Below are positions 53,435 to 64,000 of a stretch of DNA of 64,000 bases, piece after piece. Below the pieces are notes generated by a model. That model was given only the letters and a program-made list of their open reading frames with translations, ran no database searches and had not been told where the DNA came from. The stretch is from assembly GCA_973895155.1 (NCBI GenBank), contig OZ316891.1, positions 31,441,112-31,505,111 of the forward strand. The letters are read 5' to 3'. Position 1 is the first letter of the stretch. Each line of letters begins with the position of its first letter. The stretch comes from Marsupella aquatica. Its lineage: Eukaryota > Plantae > Marchantiophyta. The position numbers were made by a program, and so were the translations under genes.

Positions 53435-55225
53435 GCTTTGATTTGGATGGAGAGAGACTGAACCACCCACACCGTTTTGTAAAGCCCCCTTACATGTTCA
53501 AGCAATGCCCAGGACTTCCTAAGAGGGTCTCAATCATTGCTCTAGGAGTGAAACTCTGAATTCACTCCTCTGAATTTTGAGTTTGTTTGTCAATTTGTAA
53601 AGACTCTACTCTTAATTAAGCTCACCTTTCACATTCCAAATGGTATCATGGGTGAAGCTTCCCTAGACTCACGGAGGGGGGAGGAGAGGCGAAATGCGAA
53701 ATGCGAAATGTGAAGGCTACCAGAACACAAGCCAGCCAGAACCTTGGAGGCTGGGAAGTAAAGGTCCCCAAGAAAACTGTGGAGCATTAGCTTTGAAGTA
53801 GATTTCACGCGCGGTGACGAGACGTACAGCCCCTTAAACAAGTTATTGTTCACATTCCAGCCGGCCAGACGTTTTCTTGTTCTTCTGCTCTGCGCTCGCT
53901 CTTGATAGCCCTAGTTCGGTGCTGGCCTGTCCGAGCGAGATCAGTGGAGTAGACGCGACTTCTAGAGTAGATTTTGCGAAGCTGACGAAATGTTCAGAAT
54001 CCGGATTGCCAACATTTTCCGACGCTGTTTGAATTCATCCTTGTTGAACGTATGTAGGAATTTCCAATTCTTACGAACTGTCTGTTGATCAGGAACGGGA
54101 GAAGAAATTTTGTAATCGAATTCTATTCAATTTATCACGCGTTTGCAGTTCTCTTCAATCCTACCGTAATTGCAGTTGCACAGAGCTCGTTACAATTTCA
54201 TTAATCGATGAACCCGAGTCTTCCAGCTTCGAGCTACTCTACTTCGTCCTGTCAGTGGTGATCAAGCGAAGCACGCACGGACCCTGAATTGGATCTAGAC
54301 AGGAGCAGCAAGCGGAGACAACAGCAGTGAGTCAGTTTTCCTTGTCCTCTTATGATTTATTTCTTCACTTGCTCATCTTTTGGAGCTGTCCGTCTTAAGT
54401 AGTACGGTAAGATCTAGTCCCAACATTTGCAAGTAAAAATCAGGAGTGAAAAGAGTCTGGCATACCTGGAATCCGTCTCGTTGCATCTTGACAATTTGAT
54501 TCAGGTTTAATTTTCTTGTCAATTCGTCTCGTTGCAAAGCCATCTGCAACTCGCACACGAGAGAAGAGAGGATGGTAGTCACAGAGGCAGGGTTTGAAGC
54601 AGTTGGTGTCGAATGCAGGAAAGAAATTCGCGTCTCAATTGGAGGAGAAGACATTAGCTGTGGTGGCCTAAGTCTCGCGTTTCTTTGCTGCGGATGGTTT
54701 CTTTCTTTGTGCCCTAGCATTTCATCGGGTTTGACGGCCGTTTGCCACCGGGACGACTCCCGGTCAACGGCTGGGAGCCGGGAGCAGGGGACGATGCCGC
54801 CATGCGACTTGTCATCGGCTGCGTCAGGGGTGGGCCCTGGGAGCGTACTGATTACTCCATCCGCTGCCCTCCTCGGTGCATGGAACTTAGCTCTAAGTGT
54901 GTTTCCACCGTACAGATCTGGGAAGGGGGAAGAGTGATGGCAACAGCATCGGGCACCGAGAGGCGATGCCAAACGAGGAGATGTTGTTGGAAGGACAGCG
55001 AGGAGTACGTTCGATTGAATCGCGTTAGATAAGATTGCATTAGCGCCGATTGGAATGGGTGAAAGGGAGAAGTGGGCAGCCAGCGTTGGTCTTCGAGCAG
55101 GGGCATGGCCGACGAAGAGGTGGAGGAGGAGGTACGAGAGAGTAAGGGGAGCTTGAGAAGGGAAGAATGCGACAGCGGGTCCATTGAGGTGAGTGTGGAG
55201 GAGAGGGGTTGCTACGAGCGAAGTA

Positions 55226-58200
55226 ATGAAAGGGAGCAGCCAAATCCTGCCGGGGTTGGGGCCGCCTGCGCAGATTGTCCCACAGCAGCAGGCCCTGCAC
55301 CGCTCCTCTGCGTCCACATCTTCCTCCACCGTACTCTCTTCCCACTTCCAGCCCTGTCGACGGGTTGACCAGCATTCCTCGCATACCATCAGCTTGATCC
55401 CAAGGTTCTTACCTACATTTCATTTTGGTCCATTGTTTTGTAGTTTCTGTGCTTCTTGACGTACATACACAATGCTGGAACACTTGGAGGTACTTTGAAT
55501 CGGTTCGACGTAGGCTACTAGGAATACATCTCTTAGGTTGGGTCCTCTGAATGCAATGGAGGATTTCTTCCCTCCCTTCCTTCCTCTTCCCTTCGCTGCC
55601 CTTCCTAAAAAGGTGTATCCAATCCACACATTCATTTAGATTCTAGAGCGCTGCCCAGCATTTCCTTCCCTCAACTTGTAAACTGCATTATTTCATGATT
55701 GCAGGCTACAGCAGGTACTTCCCCTGGATAATGAATTACAAAATGGAAGTTTTTGTGTGAAGCATTTCCCATCTTCTTTTCATGGAGATGCCAGAGCGCT
55801 GATACAGCAGAGGCCATGGCGAAAGGAAAAGTTTAGGGACGCATTCAACTTGCATCCCACCAGAGAACCGAAGGGAACTGTGGATGTACAGTGTTTGAAT
55901 AGACCCTTAGGGAATTGTCCCTCACTCGTCACCCAGCTCCCCACTGCAAGTGAGCCTCAATTCCGTTCCGCGAGCGTAGATCAGAGCAAGAACCGGGACC
56001 TGAATGCTCCTGGGAATTCAGAGCAAAATACTTCGTCGTCAAGGCTCGAAGTTGTCCAGCCCGGTTCAGAAGCAAGCTCTCAGTCAGTACCCATAGTCAG
56101 CACTATCTCAGAGCATAGAAGGCCGCGGCGAGCGGAAATGAGTACACCTGACCAGCGAGCCTCAAGTCCAATCAATGGGCGACCTGGTCCGAAATTTGGT
56201 GGGTTTAAATCATGTCAGCAGAACACTGACAGCTTGAAAGCGGAACTCGAACGACTAGGTGACATAGAAGCGAATTTAACCAGAAGTAGAACAGCGAACG
56301 ATGTGCTGGACATTCGACAGCCGCAATCTCTATCAAGAGAGGAAGGCGGGCAACCTTCAGCTATCTCCGAAGAAGCGGTGGCTGAGAATTCAGTAAGACA
56401 AGACCTGAGAACCGAGGAGCTGCTCAGGAAAGCACTTTGGATGGATGGCCGATCAACTCCAGCATGGATGAAGGTATGGCGCAATTTGATTGCTCAAGGC
56501 AAATTGCAATCTCGTGCCAGTTACGGCAGCAGAGATTTGTCTCGAGACACAGCACAAGGAAATGGCAGCATGCACATGCACAGCGCTGGTACCGCCAGAC
56601 AAGCATTTGCTATTTTGAACAATCGTCTACAACGAGGTATTACAGTCGACTCCTACATGCATGTTGATGTTCTGAGCAGGTGCTCGAAGCAGAAAGACCT
56701 TTTAACGGCCAAGCAGGTTCATGACTGCATCATTCAGAGTGGAATGGATAAGAATCCATATGTGGCGAGGTCCCTCCTGAATGTGTACATCCAATGCGGG
56801 GAGTTGTTGGATGCGCGCAGAGTTTTTGATGAAGTTGAGAATAAAACTGTTGTTACATGGACCCTGATGATCGCAGCATATGCAAAGTATGACCATGCTG
56901 AATCCGCATTTGAAATTTTCAATCAAATGCGCCAAGAAGGGTTGCGGCCGGATGAGATCACATATTTGAGCATCCTGAAGGCATGCGCCAGCCCATTAGC
57001 TCTGAAATGGGGAAAAGAAGTTCATGTGTGTATTCGGCAGGCCGGCTTAGAATCGGATGTTCGCGTAGGGACTGCCCTCCTTAAGATGTATGCAAAGTGT
57101 GGGTGCATTACGGAGACAAGGCGAGTTTTTGAAAATTTGACGAATCGAGATGTCATCACATGGACTGTAATGATCGGTGCACTTGCACAATTTGGACGAG
57201 GGCATGAAGCATATGGACTGTTTCTCCAAATGAAACGAGAAGGCTTCCAACCAAATGCATTCACTTATGCGAGTATTCTCAATGCATCTGCAAGTGCGGG
57301 GGCTTTGAAGTGGGTGAAGGAGGTTCATGGGCATGCTCGCAAAGCGGGACTGGAGTTGGATTTGCGTGTCGGCAGTGCCCTCGTGCATATGTATGCAGAG
57401 AGTGGCAATATAGATGATGCCCGACTAGTTTTTGACAGAATGGAGAACCGTGATGTAGTCACATGGACTACCATGATCGGTGGACTTGCACACCATGGAT
57501 GTGGGCATGAAGCCCTGACACTCTTCAGAAAAATGAATGCGGATCTTGTGAAGCCGAATAGGACTACATTTGTGGCAGTGTTGTCAGCTTGTAGTCATGG
57601 AGGCCTCGTTGATGACGGCCGTAGACTCTTTTCAGCTATGACGCAAGATTATGGCATCGAGCCTGACATTGAGCACTATACGTGCATGGTGGATCTTTTT
57701 GGGCGGGCTGGATACTTGGAGGAAGCAACGCTCTTCATTAGTGAGATGCCAGTAGAGCCAAATGTAGTAACTTGGGGAGCCTTGCTTGGGGCTTGTAGAA
57801 CTTACGGTAATGTGGAGTTGGGCGAACTTGCTGCTAAACAGCTTCTGACGTTGAAACCCAATAGTGCCTCGGCATATGTGCTTCTCTCCAACATATATGC
57901 TGCAGCGGGCCAGTGGGAGAAGAAGTCCTTGGTGCGCAGTATGATGGAAAAGGGAGGTCTTCGGAAGGAGCCAGGGCGTAGCTGGATTGAAGTTGATAAG
58001 AAGATCCATGAATTTGTTGCAGGGGATACATATCACCCAGAAGCGAAGGTGATATATACTGAGCTCAATAAATTGAGTGAAAAACTGAAGGCTGAGGGCT
58101 ATATTCCGGATACCCGGCTTGTGTTGCACGATATGAAGGAGGAGGATAGACAACTAGCTCTTTGCTCTCATAGTGAGAAATTGGCTATTGCTTACGGACT

Positions 58201-58378
58201 CATTCACATACCTTGGGAAGAACCAATTCTTGTAAGGAAGAACCTTCGGGTGTGTCCAGATTGCCATACAGCGACCAAGTTTATCTCTAAGGTGACAGGA
58301 CGCGAGATTATAGCGAGGGATGCAAATCGCTTTCATCATTTTAAAGGTGGCATGTGTTCTTGTGGTGATTACTGGTGA
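55226..58378 (+). CDS. PLS-class PPR-E1-E2-DYW protein, paralog 2
   Basis: Inferred exon 1 at 55226-55404 splices in phase 2 to 55705-58378. Same 11-motif array as paralog 1, with PGRSWIE, HSEKLA, CPDCH and CSCGDYW. The start codon is less certain. Confidence 0.9.
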
Positions 58379-59214
58379 CCAGATTGCAAGCTATGTTTCG
58401 CTGGCTGGACAGTGTCTGGAACGGTACTCACTGGCACCCCAGATATAATAAGGTTTCTGTTGTTTGCTTGATTAAGGGCATAGATTCAGAAAGCATTGTT
58501 GCAGCCCTCGGCGATGGCAGTTCTGTGATAGGCCCTTACCAGGCTGAAAGACGGTTTCATGCATTCACCATGTTTGCCAGCAACGTGCAGTAATGGCCAG
58601 TTCCAATCCTTCAGGTACTCTCGTTGACAAACAATCGGGAAGAAAATCGTTGGTCACAGTGAGTATTGAGAAACACTCAATTTCCAGGTTCGTTTGATAA
58701 GTCACAGTGGAATAGCTATGTGAGTCGCTTTTTTGACAGTGGAAATCTCAGATTTATGAAATGAATCTCTTGGCTTGATATGCACCCAAACTATTCGATA
58801 ACTCCTTGAAATTTCCTTCCTAGATTAAGATACAAGGTTTTGCATAAGTGCTCCAGTTGCGTGAGTTGTTTTTGGCATGGGCTTCAAAGAATGATCATAT
58901 TTTGACTGTAGCAGATTCAGTTATCCACTTTTGAGAGTCTAGGGCGGACGCATTGGGCCCACGCCATGGAAAGGACAGTATGTTTGCCAGCCAGGGCAGA
59001 AACAGATTCGAACCAGCAGATGGGATCGCAACATCTGCTCGGTTTCCTGCCTACCATTGTCGTGCCTCGAGCCGTAAATGCAGGTCATGGGTGCGTTGGT
59101 TCCTTTTGTGTGGCAGCCTAACTGACCGCCTTGCATTCGGCCTGAATTGTTTGGGTTTCCAGGGCCCACCTAGGCTCAGTTGGCGTGATTTGTGGACATG
59201 GAGCCTTATACAAT

Positions 59215-59743
59215 AGGTCCGCAAAATGCGACTTCGACCAGGAAACCTCAAACATTTTCGTCAGAGGTCTCATTCCATGGGCATTCCATAGATTTGAGTA
59301 TGGATAAGAGTCGGAGGAAGACGTTTAGATTAGAGGGGAGACATTCCATGGGCATTCCATAGATTGAGTAGGGAATCACGTCTCAAAGTTAAGAAGGGCG
59401 CAAATTTTACCTAGAAGTCAACAGATTGCCATTATACTCTCGTTGGAGAGTATTGTGACAATCTATCAACTTTGAATTTGTGAGAATTCGTGAGATTGTG
59501 TGTCCTTTGACGCTTTGAATGATGTGGTACCGTAATTAGTCACTCAAATTTCTAAACGCGATCTCCCCCTCTCCAACCTAAATGTTTTCAGACAACAATT
59601 CATACTCAAATCTACGGAATGAATTCTGACATAGGTGTTTGAAATTTCCTGGTCGAAGTTCTGTATGAACTCTATCCTGAACAGACAAACACCATCTAGA
59701 GCACCTGATTTCAACCAGGACTCCCAAAAAATGTTACGGACCT
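59215..59743. mobile_element. MITE / foldback element
   Basis: Inverted matches cttcgaccaggaaacctcaaac / gtttgaaatttcctggtcgaag, cattccatagatttgagtatg / catactcaaatctacggaatg, and outer aggtccgcaaaat / atgttacggacct. Confidence 0.65.
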
Positions 59744-60799
59744 GATAGTTGTGGCAGTTTCTGATGCGGGTTTAGTCAACTTTAGGAATAGAGAGCCGGA
59801 GGTTAGATGGGAACCTTACCATTCCTTGAAGGTTACAAACGTTATTACCATTTGACCTGGTTGTATGAGCTAGCAAATGAGACATGGATAAATTATTCAC
59901 TGCCAAGTTGTCTCCATTTAATTGTGTGTACTGCTTTTCCCTTGAGTGAGTGATTCTGTCCTGGGTCTCTCTCTTTCTCTAAAGAAAAATTTAACAATGG
60001 AGGAACTCAATTTGTACATTCACATTTGAAGAGAGAAAATGACCAATTTACTAAAAAGGCGCAAACAAAGTACCATGGAGTGAAAGTATGGTAGAAAGAG
60101 GACAAACCCAAATCTCCAAAGAAGAGGGTGAAGGAAAACACCTTAAACTTAGAGAAGAAAAAAAACCTACGAAATACAAATTCATCATTGTAACATTGTC
60201 GTGGCAATCCAATTGCAATTGTTCACATTTAGTGTTGTAACTAAATCAAGAGGTGGGGACACGGGTGTCTCCTCTACAGGGGCAAGCTTGTTTGATGTGC
60301 ACTAATACCCATTGCTAGACTTCTACAACAAATTGTTGGGCTTGAACATCTTGTAAGGTCACCAACATCGGGTGACAAAAGTCTGTCATCAAAACAGATA
60401 ATGGTGGTCCTATGGAACCAGTCCGCGGGTGAATGTCTCAAGCTATCCGTCCAAGGACCCCATCAAATTGATGATGAAATGTCCCAAATATCTCAATTGC
60501 AAGGGTGAGGAAGCTATCTAATGACATTCATGCTGCATATTTATACTCTTTTGACATTGTTGCCCATGTCCCTACTGCCCTTGCATGCGATGTTGCTATC
60601 CCGAAAATGTCCTGACAAAAAGGGTTACCTATCACAACATCAGCCAAGGTATGGCTGCCATCTTGCACCAGGCACATCAAGCTTGACCTCCCACCTCACC
60701 TATACCAAAGTCCTTGAGAAGACCTAGGCAGTAGTGTTCCTCATGACATTATAAACAAATGTGGTCTCTCTTCATGTACTACACCAAGAAGATGGATTC

Positions 60800-63700
60800 G
60801 GAGGCAGCGGAGGTGCAGCGGAGGCACGGAGGTGCGGCTAGCAGCGGAGATGCGGCGAGCAGCAGCGGTGCGTTTCAGGAGGCGTGGTGGTAATAATGAG
60901 GGTCCCCTGGCCCCCTGGAGCAGAGGTCGTCAGCCTGGGCTGACGCTCCCGGCTCAGCCCTGCGCCCGGGAAGGGTGGCCCTGGGCCCGGGACGAGTGGC
61001 CCTGCGCCCGGGTTTGACGGCCCTGGACCTGGGGAGGTTGCCCCCCCCCCCCCGGGTTGGGTTTTGGTTTCTTGGCGGCCCCTGTTGGGTTGGGTTTCTT
61101 GGCGGCCCGGTTTTCCTTGGCGGATTTGTGCTTGGCGGCCCCGGACCTGGTTTGGTTGGTGGGGCTGGGCCCCCACCATAGGCGGTACCCGTTCGCACTC
61201 TGGCTCCGTGCCTGCGGGGATTTTTCGTTCGGTCATTGGAGGCGTGCCTTCGGGTTACCAGGTTTCTGTGTTCGGCGCGGCTTGCCACTACCGGGTTGAG
61301 GTTCTTTGCCTTGGACATCCATCCCTTGTTCCTTCGTTTATGTTTTTGTTTTGCTCGAGCTTTCCGGTGTTGTTCTTGTACTCTTTTCTCATTGTTCCGT
61401 TCATTTATTTTCGTTTCCTTTGCCCCCACCCTTTATCCCAGCTTTTTCCCAGCATTTTCCCATGGAACCCCTCTCCTATCCTAGTTCACCACCTACCACT
61501 CTTGTCCCTATGGCTTCCCCATCTTCCACCCCTCGTTCAGCTCGCCGGATCCGCCCCTCTTCCCCCCCCACTTCTCCTTCTGATTCCCGTGTCCAGTGTG
61601 ATGCTTGTCACAGTTGGTACCAACCATCTGGTCTGACTCGCCATCGTCGCTCATGTCCCGCTCTTCGTGCTTCCTCCTCCTCTGTGCTTCCCCCTGCCCC
61701 CCTCCCCCCTCCCCCCTCCCCCATCTGCCCCCCCCCCCTTCTTCCTGGGATTGGCTGGCCCACCTGGATGTCCTTGCGGCTCTTTACCCCGGTTTTCGGC
61801 ATCCTCGATTGTATACCCGGATTCCTGTGCCCTTGCGGCCCCTGCTTCGGCAGGCCTTTCATCTTCCTTTTGACCGGCTGGCGCGTGACCCCACTGATGT
61901 TGGTGCCTGGTCCCTACTCCTCTTGCTTCCTCATTGGGTGTTGACCCTCCCTCCTCGTGGGGGCCCGGCCGGGCATAGGGAGACCATTGCCAGGTTGCAA
62001 CGGTTTTTGTCGGGGGACTGGATTTTGCTTCAGGAGGAGTTCTATCACCGGCTTCTTGCGTTGGCCTCTAGGGCCTCTGAGTTTGAGGAGGAACCTCTGG
62101 TCCCTCCTGTCCAGCGCCGCCTTCGCCGATGCCTTTTGTTGGGACAGGAGGGGGAGTTTTTTCGGGCCGCACGTTCCTTGGTTCCCCTTTCCCCCTCTCC
62201 TCCTTCGGTCGAGACGGTTGCGGCCCTTCGGTCCCTTCATCCCCCGGCTTCTTGCGCGGTTCCAGGTTTCATTGGGAGCTTCTCTCCGGAGGTTGAGTTC
62301 TCCCTTTCTCGCGAGATTTTTTCCTCTGTCTTCCTTCATTTGCCCCGTCTTTCCGCTGGGGGCATCTCTGGGATGAGGTTCGAGCACCTCAGGGACTGCT
62401 TCTCCCCCGATGACTCGGCGTCGGGTTTCCAGGAGTTGTTCCAGGTGTGTGCTCATGTTGCAGGTGGCCGCATTCCGCCTGTTGTCGCTCGGCTCTTGGG
62501 GGCGTGTCGGCTCATGGCTTTGGCCAAGGAGACGGGTGGTGTTCGACCCCTGGCCATTGGGGAGGTCCTGTATCGTCTGGTTAGCCGCTGCATTTGTTTA
62601 CAGATGAGGGCACCGTTTGCTTCACACTTCTTCCCCCACCAGTTCGGGGTGGCCACCCCGGGCGGTTGTGAGAGCGTGGTACATGGCTTGCGTGCCGTTT
62701 TGGACCTCCACCCTGATTGGGGGGTCATTCAGGTGGATGTTGCCAATGCCTTCAACTCTGTCTCCCGTCGTGTGATTTTCGAGGAGCTTCGGGATGCTGG
62801 GGGGGAGATTGCATCCCTCATCCCTTTTGCTCGGGCTTTTTATGGGACCCCTGCCCCCTTGGTCTACTCTGACCATCTGGCGTCTGGGACATACTCCACC
62901 ATTATGTCAGAGTCCGGCACCCGGCAAGGGGATCCCCTTGGTGGTGCGTTGTTTGCCTTGGCTCATCTTCGGGCCATCCGGGCATCTTCCGGTGCTTTTC
63001 CAGGTTGCTTGTTCCCCTCTGTTGCTGACGATACTCACATTGTTGCTCCTGCCTTGCTTCTTGGAGATGCCTATATCCATTTTGTTCAGCAGCTTGCCAT
63101 TATTGGTTTGTCAGTTCAGCCTAGGAAGTGTGGGGTCTGGTCCCGTCTTCCTCTCCCGGACTCATTCTCCCCCCTCTTGATATCCCCATTAGAGATGATG
63201 GCATTCGGGTCCTTGGGGTGCCGTTTGGGGGGACGGCCTTTGAGCAAGAGTTTCTACAGTCTGCCTTGGACCAGGATGTTGCGCACCTTGACCAGCTGGT
63301 GGCTTTGGGGGATGTCCAGATTGCCTTCTTGATTCTGGTTTTGTGTTTTGTTCGCCGACCATCATACCTTCTGCGGACGGTCCCCCCCACCCCAGCGTTT
63401 TTGTCTTTGCTCTCTTCCTTTGACACCACCGTGATGCGGGTCTTTGGTCACCTCATCGGTCCTGGAGCCCTTGATGGAGAGGATGGTTCTTTTGCGGCTA
63501 GGCAGGCGTCTCTGCCCCCATCGGGAGGTGGTTTGGGGGTGTCCTCTGCTGTGGTTGCTGCTCCTTGTGCGTTTCTTGGCAGTTGGGCGCAGGTGGCCCC
63601 CGCCTTGGCGTCATGTTTCATTGTGGACCTTCGGCCTATCCTCTCTGACTCGGTCATGGGAGTGGAGAACGGAGCTCTCCCTTTTCAGATCCAGCTTCGT

Positions 63701-64000
63701 CATGCCCGTTCCTTATTACCGGAGGATGTGCAGAGCGTGGTCCCTGCTTTTGAGGGAGTTATTTTGGACAGTCCCGACCGAGTTCAACAGGTGATCTCTA
63801 ATCGCATGCACCGATTCACCCTTTCTAGCATGCTTTCCGACGCACCCTCTGACTTGGTTCGAGCGCGTCTTTTATCCGGTTCGGGCGTTGGTTCGGGGGC
63901 TTGGTTATCTACGAGCCCATTGTGGGCCCCCTTTCGTATGAGTTCTTTTGTCTTCACCACTTCCATGCGCCTTCGTCTTGGTCTTCCCCACCCATGCCTC
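60800..64000 (+). mobile_element. CRE/SLACS-like non-LTR retrotransposon (partial, runs off the right edge)
   Basis: GC-rich repetitive 5'UTR and N-terminal zinc finger CDAC..HRRSC. RT motifs GVRPLAIGE, HQFGV..PGGCE, DVANAFN, GTRQGDPL and VADDT. No APE endonuclease. Frameshifts lie at poly-C runs (~61690-61740 and ~63170). Confidence 0.8.

Noticed and set aside
54373-55389. 338-aa minus-strand ORF as a separate gene
   Set aside because: It is largely antisense to the GC-rich PPR2 first exon and leader, has no recognisable domain, and no convincing further exons were found.
40460-58378. DYW:KP (U-to-C) reverse-editing factors
   Set aside because: Both proteins have a canonical PG box (PGxSWIE), HSEKLA and terminal DYW, which indicates ordinary C-to-U type.

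Overview
Eukaryotic nuclear DNA from an early-diverging land plant, probably a bryophyte. This is inferred from GT-AG introns, moss-like PLS-DYW PPR proteins and CRE-like LINEs. Intact or likely intact genes are a multi-exon phylloquinone prenyltransferase (menA/ABC4, running off the left edge), MPC1, NOB1, a trifunctional UDP-rhamnose synthase (RHM) and two paralogous PPR-DYW editing factors in inverted orientation. Transposon content includes a full-length L1-like LINE with a 16-bp TSD, a Tork/Tnt1-like Copia element with nested insertions, a CRE-like non-LTR element at the right edge, two non-autonomous Helitrons and several MITEs. The most striking observation is that menA exon 1 looks like the first exon of Lhca4 (transit peptide plus the KGEWLPG mature N-terminus) spliced in frame onto menA. 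Also notable, the two PPR-DYW paralogs differ at only one P/S-motif RNA-recognition code position and have remodelled N-terminal targeting regions. All calls come from reading the sequence by eye, without database searches.
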